NCBI GenBank assembly: GCA_963808235.1
Contig: CAWEEQ010000004.1
Coordinates: 800,001-864,000, forward strand
Reading direction: 5' to 3'
Length of the DNA: 64,000 nt
Source of the DNA: an uncultured delta proteobacterium
GTDB taxonomy: Bacteria; Desulfobacterota; Binatia; Binatales; Binataceae
Position numbers and translations under genes: made by a program. The notes below the pieces were generated by a model, which was not told the DNA's origin, made no database searches, and saw nothing but the letters and a program-made list of their open reading frames with translations. This document shows positions 20,025 to 30,063 of this stretch, one piece after another (within the stretch, counting starts at the first letter, position 1; each line of letters begins with the position of its first letter).

Positions 20025-21161
20025 ATGCCAATCAAATTTTTGGACCTCGCGGCACAGAACCGCGAAATCATGCCACAAGTCGAGCGCGGCTTCGCGGAAA
20101 TCCACGAGAAGACTTCGTACGTTGGAGGCCCACAGGTGGCGGCGTTCGAAGAGGAATTTGCGAACTTCCTGGGCGCCCGCCAGGTGATCAGCGTGGCGAG
20201 CGGGACCGACGCGCTAAGACTCGCGCTGCTCGCGATCGGAATCGGGCCGGGCGACGAAGTGATCACGACTCCGATGACGTTCATCGCGACTGCCGAAGCG
20301 ATCGTGCAGACCGGCGCGCGGCCCTCGTTTGTGGATATCGATCCGAACACCGGAAATATGAGTGTTCCGGAAATCTCGCGCTACCTCGAGCGGGGACGCT
20401 TCACAGCGCCCAACGGCCCGCGCGCGATCGTCCCGGTTCATCTCTACGGAATGCCGGCGCCGATGATCGAAATGCGCGATCTCGCGCAGGCGTGCAACCT
20501 TAAACTGATCGAGGACGCATGCCAGGCGCATGGCGCGCGCATCACTCACGACGGCCAATCGCAATATGCCGGCACGATCGGCGCGGCCGGTTGCTTCAGT
20601 TTTTATCCCGGTAAGAATCTGGGCGCGTGGGGCGAAGGCGGGGCCGTGGCGACCAATGACGAGGAGCTGGCGGCGCAGATCCGTACGTTACGCGACCACG
20701 GACGCCTTTCGCACTACGCGCACAGTGCATATGGATACAATGCGCGGCTCGACACGATGCAGGCGGCGGTACTCCGTCCGAAGCTCGAGCGCCTGGCGGA
20801 GTGGAATGCACGACGCCGGCACTTCGCGGCGCTTTATCGTGAAACTCTGCCTCACGAGGTGGAGCTGCTGTCCGAGCCCGAGGGTATCGAGTCGTGCTAC
20901 CACCTGTTCGTCATCCGCAGCGAGCGGCGAGACGCGATCAGAACCGCGCTGCTGCAAAACCAGATCGAGTGCGGGATCCATTACCCGGTTCCGCTTCATC
21001 TACAGCCGGCATGCCGCGACCTCGGATATGCGCAAGGAGATTTTCCGCACGCCGAGACGATGGCTGACACCGTGCTGTCATTGCCGATGCATCCCTTTCT
21101 GACCGAGCGCGAAGTTAAGACGGTCAGCCAGGCAGTCAAGCGCGCATTAACCACAGGTTGA
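20025..21161 (+). CDS. DegT/DnrJ/EryC1/StrS aminotransferase (WbpE-like)
   Basis: SGTDAL, PVHLYG, IEDACQAHG, SFYPGKNLGAWGEGG. Confidence 0.92.
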   Translation: MPIKFLDLAAQNREIMPQVERGFAEIHEKTSYVGGPQVAAFEEEFANFLGARQVISVASGTDALRLALLAIGIGPGDEVITTPMTFIATAEAIVQTGARPSFVDIDPNTGNMSVPEISRYLERGRFTAPNGPRAIVPVHLYGMPAPMIEMRDLAQACNLKLIEDACQAHGARITHDGQSQYAGTIGAAGCFSFYPGKNLGAWGEGGAVATNDEELAAQIRTLRDHGRLSHYAHSAYGYNARLDTMQAAVLRPKLERLAEWNARRRHFAALYRETLPHEVELLSEPEGIESCYHLFVIRSERRDAIRTALLQNQIECGIHYPVPLHLQPACRDLGYAQGDFPHAETMADTVLSLPMHPFLTEREVKTVSQAVKRALTTG

Positions 21162-21168
21162 TAATGTT

Positions 21169-22683
21169 GTGTTAGGCGGGGAATTACAGCGTCAGAAGGC
21201 GCTACTTGCGGCCACCGACGCGCTAGCAGTCGTCGGCGCGTGTGCACTGTCGCAAGCCATCAGGAACCACGATTTATACCCCCTGGACCCAGGCAACTGG
21301 GGCGAGGCGCTGGCGGGCATGGCGATGCTGGGTGTGATCTGGATACTGGTCGCGCGCGCGGTCGGGCTGTATCGAAACGGGCGGCGGCACGAAGTCAAGT
21401 CGATCGTGAAGGCGAGTTGCGCGGCGTGGTTCACGATGGTGTCGATCAGCTTTTTCCTGCATCTGGCGCCATCGCGGCTGGTGGTAGGCATCGGACTGGC
21501 GCTGACGATTGGTTTTGTCGTAACGGCGCGGATGCTGGTCCGCCGCTGCATCAAGTTTTTTTATTCGCGCCCCGAGTTCGCGGTGCCGCTGGTCATCGTT
21601 GGGGTCAATTCGTTCGGTGTTTACCTGCGTGATCGAATCAAGGAAGAGCTCACGCAGTACGAATTCCTGGGCTTTGTAGATGAAAACCCGGTCCCGCTCG
21701 CATCCAACGGTGTGAACGGGCACAGCGGCACCAACGGACACGACGACGCGAATCGGCACAACGGGCATTCCAAAACGAACGGACATTTTGGATCGACCGG
21801 GCTCGCCACTCCGGCGCCGGTAATCGGAAGCCTCGAACGCATCGCGAGTCTCGCAATCGTACATCCCAACCTTGAGGCGGTGATAGTTCTTCCCGAGCGC
21901 GACCACAGCCAGGTCGAGCGTATCATTAAGCTTTGCGAGCGTTATCGAGTTCGCTGGCGGATGATGCCGCGAGTTGCGGAATCGATGGCTCTGACGGTGG
22001 AGATGGTCGGCGCGATTCCGCTGATTGGGCCTCCGGGATCGAACATCGAAGGGCTCAACTGCGTGGTAAAGCGCGGCTTCGATGTCGTGGTGGCGAGCCT
22101 CCTGCTGCTGCTTGCGTCGCCGCTCTTGATGTTCGCGGCGATTGCGATCTGGCTCACCGACGGACATCCGTTGCTGTTTCGCCAGACCAGGGTCGGTATC
22201 CACGGCACGCCGTTCGAACTGCTGAAATTTCGCACGATGCGCACCGAGTGCTCCGACACGGTGCATCGCGAGTACGTCAAAGAATGGATTCAGCGCAATG
22301 CGGCCGAGGGGTCGGAGCCCAACGGCGCCAAGGTTTATAAGATCGGCAGCGATCCGCGGATTACGCCGATCGGACGATGGCTGCGGCGCTTCAGCATCGA
22401 CGAGCTGCCGCAACTGATCAACGTCCTTTACGGGAACATGAGTCTCATCGGACCGCGGCCCGCGATGCCGTACGAGCTCGAGCTGTACCAGGAATGGCAT
22501 CGGCATCGGCTCGACGCGCCGCCGGGAATCACCGGGCTGTGGCAGGTCAGCGGACGCAATCGTCTGTCGTTCGACGAAATGGTGCAGCTCGACATCGAAT
22601 ATATCGAAGACTGGTCGCTCGCGGGCGACATGGGAATCCTGCTGCGGACGCTGCCCGCGATGCTGCAAGGGAATGGAATGTGA
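21169..22683 (+). CDS. Initiating polyprenyl-phosphate sugar phosphotransferase (WcaJ/WbaP family)
   Basis: N-terminal TMs; KRGFD, KFRTM, DPRITPIGRWLRRFSIDELPQL, GPRP, PGITGLWQV. Confidence 0.92.
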   Translation: MLGGELQRQKALLAATDALAVVGACALSQAIRNHDLYPLDPGNWGEALAGMAMLGVIWILVARAVGLYRNGRRHEVKSIVKASCAAWFTMVSISFFLHLAPSRLVVGIGLALTIGFVVTARMLVRRCIKFFYSRPEFAVPLVIVGVNSFGVYLRDRIKEELTQYEFLGFVDENPVPLASNGVNGHSGTNGHDDANRHNGHSKTNGHFGSTGLATPAPVIGSLERIASLAIVHPNLEAVIVLPERDHSQVERIIKLCERYRVRWRMMPRVAESMALTVEMVGAIPLIGPPGSNIEGLNCVVKRGFDVVVASLLLLLASPLLMFAAIAIWLTDGHPLLFRQTRVGIHGTPFELLKFRTMRTECSDTVHREYVKEWIQRNAAEGSEPNGAKVYKIGSDPRITPIGRWLRRFSIDELPQLINVLYGNMSLIGPRPAMPYELELYQEWHRHRLDAPPGITGLWQVSGRNRLSFDEMVQLDIEYIEDWSLAGDMGILLRTLPAMLQGNGM

Positions 22684-24197
22684 TGGCGGCGCCGGGTGAC
22701 ATCAGCTCCGTAGCGAACGTCGAGGGTTGGCATTCGCCGGCCTTCGCGCGGGGCGTGCGTGACAACGTTATTGGCGAGGTCGGTCTGCAGGCAGTGCGGA
22801 TCGGCGGATTGGTGGTGCTCGCGCGCGCGCTGGCGCCTTCGGACTTCGGACTGTTCAGAGTCCTGATCACGATTAGCGCAATCATAATGATGGTCAATGA
22901 TTTGGCGATGCCCGACACGCTCGTGCAGCGCCAGGAGCTCAGCAGCGCGCACGAGAGCTCTGCGTGGTGGGCGACGATCGCGGTATCGGCGTTGAGCTGC
23001 GCGGTGATCTACCTGGTCGCACCGTTGATTGCGCAAGCGATGGCGATGCCGACGATTACGGGCGCGCTGCGCCTGCTATGCATCCCGATTCTGCTCGAAG
23101 GCTCGGTGACCGTACCGATCGCGAGGCTCACGCGCAAATTGCAATTCCGCACCCTTGCGATCGCCGAGGTCGTTGGCGAGCTGGCGTTCCTGGGCGTTGC
23201 GATCGCGCTGCTCGTGATGGGTCATCCTAGACTGAGCCTGGTCGGTGGCCTGTGTGCGCGGATGGGCGCGCATGCACTGCTTCTCTGGTGCGCTGAGCCG
23301 TACATCCCGCGAGTAGGACCAAGCCGCAAGGCGCTGCTCGAGCTGCGAGGCTTCGCGAGTGGCGCGATGGGCGGCCAAATCTTTCACGCGATTTCCTGCA
23401 ACATCGACTACCTGCTGGTGGGACGCACGCTCGGAAGTTCCGCGCTTGGGTTTTACGGGATGGCGTGGGACCTGCTTCGTTTCGTTCCCGACCGGCTCTA
23501 CAAAATCGCTGGCCGCGTGACGGTTCCCGCGTTCGCCCGCATGCAACATCAGCCCGAGCAACTGCGGCGCGCCTACTTGAGCTTTCTCGATTACATGTGC
23601 CGGCTGATCGTGCCGCCGCTCGTATGTATTGCGATCGCGGCGCCCGAACTGTTGCGCCAGATTTACGGACCGCAGTGGATTGCGGCCGCGCTTCCGCTGC
23701 GCATCCTGAGCTTCGGAATAATTACTATCGGGCTACGTTCGGGAATGGGCGCGGTTTTCTATTCGCTGGGACGCCCGGTATTCGAAATGTATCTGTATGC
23801 TATCCGATTCGTGCTGATCGCAGTAGCGGTGTTGGTCTCGGCATCGAGTGGATTGCTGTGGGTCTGCGCCGCTGTCAGCGCGGTCGAGGGCGCGTGCACC
23901 GTTATCGGCCAGCTGGCCGCATGCCGCCTGCTGGACGTCGGCCTCGTAAAAGTATCGCGCGCGCTCATTTCCGGATTCACGACTGCGGCAGGCTGCGCGG
24001 CTGCGACCGTAGGCGGCAGAATGCTGGCGAACAATCTCGGTATCGGCGGCCTGTTGGAACTGTCGATGATGGTTGCGCTTCCGGCGCTCGCGTTCCTTCT
24101 AATCGAAGCTCGCACCGTTCGCGAGATGCTCAGCAGCGCGCTCGGCTCCGTAAGCGTCGACAGTCCACTTCCCGAAACCGGCCAGGAGCGGGCCTAG
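22683..24197 (+). CDS. wzx: Wzx-type oligosaccharide flippase
   Basis: LARALAPSDFG, many TMs, NIDYLLVGRTLGSSALGFY; ATG overlaps the upstream stop. Confidence 0.85.
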   Translation: MAAPGDISSVANVEGWHSPAFARGVRDNVIGEVGLQAVRIGGLVVLARALAPSDFGLFRVLITISAIIMMVNDLAMPDTLVQRQELSSAHESSAWWATIAVSALSCAVIYLVAPLIAQAMAMPTITGALRLLCIPILLEGSVTVPIARLTRKLQFRTLAIAEVVGELAFLGVAIALLVMGHPRLSLVGGLCARMGAHALLLWCAEPYIPRVGPSRKALLELRGFASGAMGGQIFHAISCNIDYLLVGRTLGSSALGFYGMAWDLLRFVPDRLYKIAGRVTVPAFARMQHQPEQLRRAYLSFLDYMCRLIVPPLVCIAIAAPELLRQIYGPQWIAAALPLRILSFGIITIGLRSGMGAVFYSLGRPVFEMYLYAIRFVLIAVAVLVSASSGLLWVCAAVSAVEGACTVIGQLAACRLLDVGLVKVSRALISGFTTAAGCAAATVGGRMLANNLGIGGLLELSMMVALPALAFLLIEARTVREMLSSALGSVSVDSPLPETGQERA

Positions 24198-24198
24198 C

Positions 24199-25374
24199 AT
24201 GGCGCGAGTACTAATAATCGCGTACACGGCCTACGCGCGCGACGGACGCGTCAAGCGGCAGGCCGAAGCATTGACCAGCCGCGGCGATCGGGTTGACGCG
24301 ATCTGCCTTGCCGACGGCAATGTCGCCGACACGCACGGAGTCAACGTCACCGGACTCAGGCTTCCGCGCTATCGTGGCGCAAGCAGAATTAACTACCTGC
24401 GAAGCTATATAAACTTCTTCGCCCGCGCGGCTGCGCTTGCGGTTCGACGCAGCATGAAGGAGCGCTACGATATAGTGATCGCCTGTACGATGCCCGATGC
24501 GGCAATACTAAGTGCATTACCATGTCGGTTGTTTGGATCGAAGTTAGTACTCGATGTCCACGATACCATGCCGGAGCTGTATCTCGACAAGTTTGGCGGC
24601 CGGCTGGGGCGAATCGGCGCGCGGATGCTGATGCTTCAGGAGCGCTTGAGCGCGCGACTCGCGGACCAGGTGCTGGCAGTGCACGATTTGCACGCTGAAC
24701 GCCTGCATCAATCCGGGATACCGGAACGCAAGCTGGTGGTGATTACCAACTCGCCCGATCCGCGAATTTTCCCGGTCGCGGATTCGAATCAGCCGCGCCG
24801 AATCCGGCCGAACGATGAACCATTTTCGATCATCTGCCATGGAACAATTACCCGCAGGCTCGGGCTGGATACTGCTCTGGCGGCGTTAGCCCTGCTGCAC
24901 GAGCGATTTCCTCTCATCCGGCTCAAGGTTATAGGCGCCGGCGATCATTTGAACGAGGTCAAGACTCTCAGCCGGCAACTCGGCGTCGAGTCCGCGGTCA
25001 GTTTCGAACCTCCAGTTCCGATTCAGGAACTGGCCTGCAAAATCGGCGAGGCTCACGTCGGACTGGTTCCCAACCATGCCTCGAGCGCGACGCATCTGAT
25101 GCTGCCGGTCAAGCTGCTTGAATATGTGGCGGTCGGAATCCCGGTGATATGTGCTCGTTTACGAACCGTCGAGCATTACTTCGACGAAAGATCGGTGCGT
25201 TATTTTTCTCCGAACAACGCATCGCAACTGGCGCACGCGATCGAGGATTTGTACCTCGATCCGGCGCTACGAGATAGCCTTTCGAATTCCGCGGCAAAAG
25301 TGGTTAAGAGCTTCAGCTGGCCCGTCCATAGCCAGCGCTTCTGCAATGCGGTCGATTCGCTACTCAACGTTTAG
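24199..25374 (+). CDS. Glycosyltransferase family 4
   Basis: DGRVKRQA, LDVHDTMPE, PVKLLEYVAVGIPVI. Confidence 0.88.
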   Translation: MARVLIIAYTAYARDGRVKRQAEALTSRGDRVDAICLADGNVADTHGVNVTGLRLPRYRGASRINYLRSYINFFARAAALAVRRSMKERYDIVIACTMPDAAILSALPCRLFGSKLVLDVHDTMPELYLDKFGGRLGRIGARMLMLQERLSARLADQVLAVHDLHAERLHQSGIPERKLVVITNSPDPRIFPVADSNQPRRIRPNDEPFSIICHGTITRRLGLDTALAALALLHERFPLIRLKVIGAGDHLNEVKTLSRQLGVESAVSFEPPVPIQELACKIGEAHVGLVPNHASSATHLMLPVKLLEYVAVGIPVICARLRTVEHYFDERSVRYFSPNNASQLAHAIEDLYLDPALRDSLSNSAAKVVKSFSWPVHSQRFCNAVDSLLNV

Positions 25375-25387
25375 GAGGAGTTATCAA

Positions 25388-26203
25388 GTGCGCAGCGCAA
25401 TACCATTGGTAGTAGGCTTGGGCGAAGTCGGAAGCGCCTTGTCGCAAGTGCTGAAGGGCGACGGCCGGCGCATCCTCGAGCACGACATCGAAAGACGCGA
25501 GTTCGACGAACCGATCAGCGTGATGCATCTGTGTTTTCCATTCACCCGGCAGGATGCTTTCGAAGCTATCGCGCTTTCCTATATCAAGCGGTTCAAGCCG
25601 GAACTGACTATCATCAACAGCACTGTAGTTCCCGGAACCAGCCGGTCGATAGCTGAAAAAGCGTCGGCGCCGGTTGCCTATAGTCCGGTGCGCGGCAAAC
25701 ACATCCGAATGGCGCAGGACCTGCTGAAGTACCGCAAGTTCGTCGCTGGCACCGATGATGAGACCACGAATCGAGCTGTCGAGCATTTTCGCGAAGCCGG
25801 AATGACTACTCAGTGCATTAGCAAGTTGGAGACTCTCGAGCTTGCCAAGCTCGGTGAGACTACCTACTTCGGCGTGCTGATCGCCTTCGCACAGGAGCTC
25901 AACCGTTACGCTAATCGGGTCGATGCTGACTATGTGGAAGCGCTGGACCTGTTCGAGGAAGTCGATTTTCTGCCGCCCACGAAATACTACCCGGGCTTCA
26001 TCGGCGGTCACTGTGTGATTCCAAATATACAATTGCTGCGCACGATTGCGTCGTCGCCACTGCTCGAGGCGGTCCTCGAATCCAACCGGATGCGCGCGGG
26101 CGAGTTGGCCAACGAAGCCAAGATGGCCCTCACGCCCGAACTCAAGCCGGGCGCTGCCGCCAACGGACACAAAACGGAGTCGCAGGCTCAGCTGCGTCGC
26201 TGA
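25388..26203 (+). CDS. Short UDP/GDP-sugar 6-dehydrogenase-like protein
   Basis: AGGAGG then GTG 25388; VGLGEVG, STVVPGT, YSPVRG, ELAKL, GFIGGHCV (catalytic Cys). Confidence 0.78.
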   Translation: MRSAIPLVVGLGEVGSALSQVLKGDGRRILEHDIERREFDEPISVMHLCFPFTRQDAFEAIALSYIKRFKPELTIINSTVVPGTSRSIAEKASAPVAYSPVRGKHIRMAQDLLKYRKFVAGTDDETTNRAVEHFREAGMTTQCISKLETLELAKLGETTYFGVLIAFAQELNRYANRVDADYVEALDLFEEVDFLPPTKYYPGFIGGHCVIPNIQLLRTIASSPLLEAVLESNRMRAGELANEAKMALTPELKPGAAANGHKTESQAQLRR

Positions 26204-26222
26204 CGGCAGCCAAGAAGTGAAA

Positions 26223-27653
26223 ATGGAACTCGTGCAGACAGCCAGAGTATCCAAACCGCCGGCCGCCGCGATGCTGGCCGGTGTGGCGGGGCTTGGCCTG
26301 CTCGGCTTGCTGATGCTCAACTATCCGAGCCTCGCGGCCGGCGCGGTGGTCCTTGCCGGCGGAGTCGCGGTCATTTGGGCGGCCCAGATGGTGCAGGGCA
26401 ACACTGGCTACCTGCTTTGCTCGCTCCTGGTTATTGAAGAGCTGAGCGGGGCAAACTTTATCCCGCTCACACCCGATCAGCTCTACCTGGTCCGTTATCC
26501 ATTGCTGGTTGCATTTTGCGGAGCCTCCGTGTGGAAGGCGCTCCATGACAAAGAGATATGGCGGGGCGGATTCCTTGATTACCTGATCTATCTTGGTTTT
26601 GGCGTTATAAGTATTTCCTATTCACTATTGCCTGGCTATTCGACCGCCAGGATTGCAGCTGCAATTCTGATGTTCATGACGATAGTCAGAATTGCCCAAG
26701 CAGTAGCTAATCGCGAAGATATCGAGAAGCTACTCAATTGGTATCTGATCGGAACCGGAATCGTCTGGCTGGTGATACTGATCTGCTCGCTGACCATGTC
26801 TTACGATCTGATCTGGGACGTGGAAGACATGACCGGCATTGTTCGCCTGCGCGGCATCTACGGTTCTCCGAATCTGATTGGCGAAATCGCACTCCCCACC
26901 ATGGGCGTGGCGGCGGTCATGTGGAACTCGGCCAGCGGATGGAAACGGGCGCTGCTCGCCGCGGAGATAATGCTGGCGGTCACGCTCGCGATGCTGGCCG
27001 ATTCGCGATCGCCATTCATCGGTTTCGGACTCGGCGGGCTCCTCTATTTGATTTGGAGATACCGGTTCCGCGCGGTGCCGATCATTCTCGCGCTCGGAGT
27101 GGTGGGCTTCGGCCTAATTAGTCAGCTCAATCCCGAGTATCTCAGTCGTGGCGACGTTACCAGTCTCACCGGACGCACCGACATCTGGAAGTTTGCGATC
27201 GAGAAAATCGAGCAACGTCCGCTGATCGGATATGGCTTCGAGGTCGAAGGCGAAATCATGAAGGCCCACGACTTTCCGATCTGGTGGGGACCGTGGGAGG
27301 AAGGCCCGCGCAGTTCCATCCACAGTGATTATCTGTCGAAGGCGGTCAGCCTCGGCGTCCCGGCGCTGATATTTTGGGTATTTTTCATCATCCGTCCGTG
27401 GCTCGCGCTGCTCCGGCGCAAGGACGATCCGTGGAATCTGAAACCGCTCTTGTTTCTCGTTGTCATTCCGATCCTGATTCTAGATTTCACTGAGGCCACC
27501 GGCGACTGCCGTTATGCAGTAGGGACGATCGCGACGCTTGGTTGGGCGCTGGCGGAAAGGCAACGACTCGCGAACTTGCGCCGCCGTCCCGCGGCGCTCC
27601 AGCCGGCAGAGCCGATCAACCCGGCGACACCGCTGCTGCGGCGAGTAGGTTAA
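26223..27653 (+). CDS. O-antigen polymerase/ligase family protein (Wzy/WaaL)
   Basis: About 10-12 TMs; RLRGIYGSPN, SRS, LTGRTDIW, RPLIGYG, HSDYL. Confidence 0.85.
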   Translation: MELVQTARVSKPPAAAMLAGVAGLGLLGLLMLNYPSLAAGAVVLAGGVAVIWAAQMVQGNTGYLLCSLLVIEELSGANFIPLTPDQLYLVRYPLLVAFCGASVWKALHDKEIWRGGFLDYLIYLGFGVISISYSLLPGYSTARIAAAILMFMTIVRIAQAVANREDIEKLLNWYLIGTGIVWLVILICSLTMSYDLIWDVEDMTGIVRLRGIYGSPNLIGEIALPTMGVAAVMWNSASGWKRALLAAEIMLAVTLAMLADSRSPFIGFGLGGLLYLIWRYRFRAVPIILALGVVGFGLISQLNPEYLSRGDVTSLTGRTDIWKFAIEKIEQRPLIGYGFEVEGEIMKAHDFPIWWGPWEEGPRSSIHSDYLSKAVSLGVPALIFWVFFIIRPWLALLRRKDDPWNLKPLLFLVVIPILILDFTEATGDCRYAVGTIATLGWALAERQRLANLRRRPAALQPAEPINPATPLLRRVG

Positions 27654-27667
27654 CGGATGTGGGCGAC

Positions 27668-28468
27668 ATGAGGCAGAGGACTAATAATCTTCCGATACTG
27701 ATGTATCACGCGATCTGGTCGGGCGCGGACGGTGCGATCCCCAGGACGTCGAGCATCGAGCACGCTGTAAAGGATCGTGACTTCCGCGCGCAACTCGATG
27801 CGATCGTCAGTGGCGCGTTTCACACCATCAAGCTCGCCGACCTCGAGCATCCGGTTGATGCGCCGAAGCCGCTGTTGATCACCTTCGATGACGGCCATGA
27901 AAGCGACTTCACCATCGCCGCGCCCGAGCTCGCGCGGCGAAATCTGCACGCAATCTTTTTTGTCGTATGGTCCTACCTCGGACAGCCCGGCTATCTGAGT
28001 CGAGAACAAGTGCTCGCGTTGCGTGAGCAAGGATTCGAAATCGGTTCGCATGGACTGACCCACGTCCCGCTCAGCAAGATAAGTCCGGCGCAAGCGTCGA
28101 ACGAAATCCTCGAATCGAAGCACAGACTGGAAGACTTGCTCCAGCAGCCAATCGCAGGGCTTGCGCTTCCGTTCGGCCATTACAACGATGCGGTGCTGAA
28201 AGCCGCGTGGGCCGCCGGCTATCGCCGGGTGATGACCTCGGACTTCAGGATTGCCAATCGGGAGCATCGGATCATGCCGCGGATGGGACCGATGGCTGAG
28301 CATACGCTGGAGGATTTCAAGTGGATGCTCGAAGCGAGTCGTGCAGCCGCGATTCGTCATCGCACGATTGAGGCGATTGGTGAGCGGTTGAAACGCTTTA
28401 TCAGCTATGGAGAGGCGCTGCTGATGCGCGCCCAGAATGGGGAGGTTCTAGCCAAGCCCGAGAAATAG
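27668..28468 (+). CDS. Polysaccharide deacetylase (CE4/NodB)
   Basis: PILMYH, ITFDDG, EIGSHGLTH, LPFG. Confidence 0.9.
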   Translation: MRQRTNNLPILMYHAIWSGADGAIPRTSSIEHAVKDRDFRAQLDAIVSGAFHTIKLADLEHPVDAPKPLLITFDDGHESDFTIAAPELARRNLHAIFFVVWSYLGQPGYLSREQVLALREQGFEIGSHGLTHVPLSKISPAQASNEILESKHRLEDLLQQPIAGLALPFGHYNDAVLKAAWAAGYRRVMTSDFRIANREHRIMPRMGPMAEHTLEDFKWMLEASRAAAIRHRTIEAIGERLKRFISYGEALLMRAQNGEVLAKPEK

Positions 28469-28493
28469 TCGGCGCTGACTGAAAACAAATAAA

Positions 28494-29360
28494 ATGCGTG
28501 AACACGAAATGGCCGAATTCTTTCGAGCGCTGGGGCACAAGATCGTCCAGACCCGGAGCTGTTTCTGGTACAGCTCGCAGCGCTTCCTCTACAAGAACCT
28601 GCCGATTCATCGCAACGTCGACCCCTCGCAGTCCGAACTCGCCAAGGTGATGTTCCGCGGGACCGCATTGGCAATTCGTTATCCGGAAACCGCCGGCGAA
28701 TCGACCCCGGACGGCGGGATTTACGTTTGCGCGGACCGGAATTACGACTTCGCGTCGCTTACCGCCAATGCTCGCAGCCATACCCGGCGTGGACTTGCGC
28801 GCAACATCGTCGAACAGGTCGATTTCAATGATCTCGCGAACAAGGCTTACCCGCTAATCCAGGAAACCAACCTGCGCCAGACCGGAAAACAGCCGATGCG
28901 CAGCGAGTCGCATTGGAGATCGTTTTGCGAACTCTCACGCCGAACGCCCGGGCTGGAGGCTTGGGCCGCGTTCGTTGACGGTGAGCTGGCCGCGTTTATC
29001 GTCGCGATGATGGCCGAGGATTGTTACTACCTTCACCTGCAAAAGAGCGCGTCGGCCCTGCTCAAGCACTATTCCAACAACGCCTTGCTGTTCACCGTGA
29101 TGAAAGCGGCGCTCGCACGTCCCGAAGTCGGCTGGGTTTCCAACGGACAGATCGCGCTGGCCGCGAAAGAGGGTCTTTACCATTTCAAGACCAGCATGGG
29201 CTTCGACATCCATCCGTTTAAAGAGCGGCTGGTTTTCAATCCGCTGATCAAGCCTGGTCTGTGGGCGGGCAGGGCGCTGACCAGCCGGCTCACGAAGGTC
29301 AATCCGGAAAATCTTTTCTGGCGGAGAGCTTCACGGGCATTCGACCTGGCGGGGGATTGA
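28494..29360 (+). CDS. GNAT/FemAB-like acyl- or aminoacyltransferase
   Basis: ARSHTRRG, AFVDGELAAF, NNALL, GLYHFKTSMGF resemble the FemAB/GNAT C-terminal pattern. Confidence 0.6.
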   Translation: MREHEMAEFFRALGHKIVQTRSCFWYSSQRFLYKNLPIHRNVDPSQSELAKVMFRGTALAIRYPETAGESTPDGGIYVCADRNYDFASLTANARSHTRRGLARNIVEQVDFNDLANKAYPLIQETNLRQTGKQPMRSESHWRSFCELSRRTPGLEAWAAFVDGELAAFIVAMMAEDCYYLHLQKSASALLKHYSNNALLFTVMKAALARPEVGWVSNGQIALAAKEGLYHFKTSMGFDIHPFKERLVFNPLIKPGLWAGRALTSRLTKVNPENLFWRRASRAFDLAGD

Positions 29361-29522
29361 GGGCCAGTGAAGACGCATCAAATGTCACTGGAAGGTTTGC
29401 TCGGAGTCGACGAGACGCAACACGGCCCCTGCAGGAATAGGGCGTTCGGATCAGGCACCGGTATCGTCGGTTGTGAAGGGCCCTGTATCGGAAATTATCT
29501 GAGTCCGGAGGGAACTGGCAGA

Positions 29523-29798
29523 TCAGGCTTCGACTTCCGCGGGCAGGTCTCGAAGGCATTTGCCGCAAAGCGCGTAGCACTCTTCCGGATCATCGCTCAT
29601 GGCAAGAATTGCTACCACCCACGAATTGAGATCCGCGCACCGATGACAAACGAGCAAGCCACCTTCGGATCGAATCTTGAACCAGCACTCGGCGATTGTC
29701 ACCGGATCTTCGATCAATTCGACGCGTACGCAACTGTCTTCAGGTTCCAAGGACGGTTCCATGACTTCTGGTGCTACGAATTTGGTGCGGCTGTTCAT
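29523..29798 (-). CDS. Small hypothetical Cys4 (zinc-finger-like) protein
   Basis: GAGGGG RBS; CHRC ... CGKC. Confidence 0.5.
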   Translation of the reverse strand: MNSRTKFVAPEVMEPSLEPEDSCVRVELIEDPVTIAECWFKIRSEGGLLVCHRCADLNSWVVAILAMSDDPEECYALCGKCLRDLPAEVEA

Positions 29799-30063
29799 AG
29801 TTAAACCCCTCAGCAAGGTCGCATCGAGCCCTAATCGAGCAACCATCATGCCAGTCAACCGCTTCCTTTCGCCCCGATTAAGGACGGCAATTTGATAAGG
29901 ATTGTGGGCATTGGGAAGGAAATGCCCGGTCGGCGCCAATTCGGGAGGTTTGTCGATGCTGTTGGAGTCTAAAGAGGTGAAAAATTTACGGGATTACCGG
30001 ATTGAGCCTGATACGGCAATTCCGTTAAGGGTTGTTCGTCCAAGTAGAGTCAGGGAACTAACG

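Noticed and set aside
21274-22668. 464-aa antisense ORF and many similar long overlapping ORFs
   Set aside because: High-GC shadow frames opposite well-supported genes, with no recognisable motifs.
29367-29804. 145-aa plus-strand ORF
   Set aside because: No motif; the opposite-strand Cys4 ORF has a better RBS. Not fully excluded.
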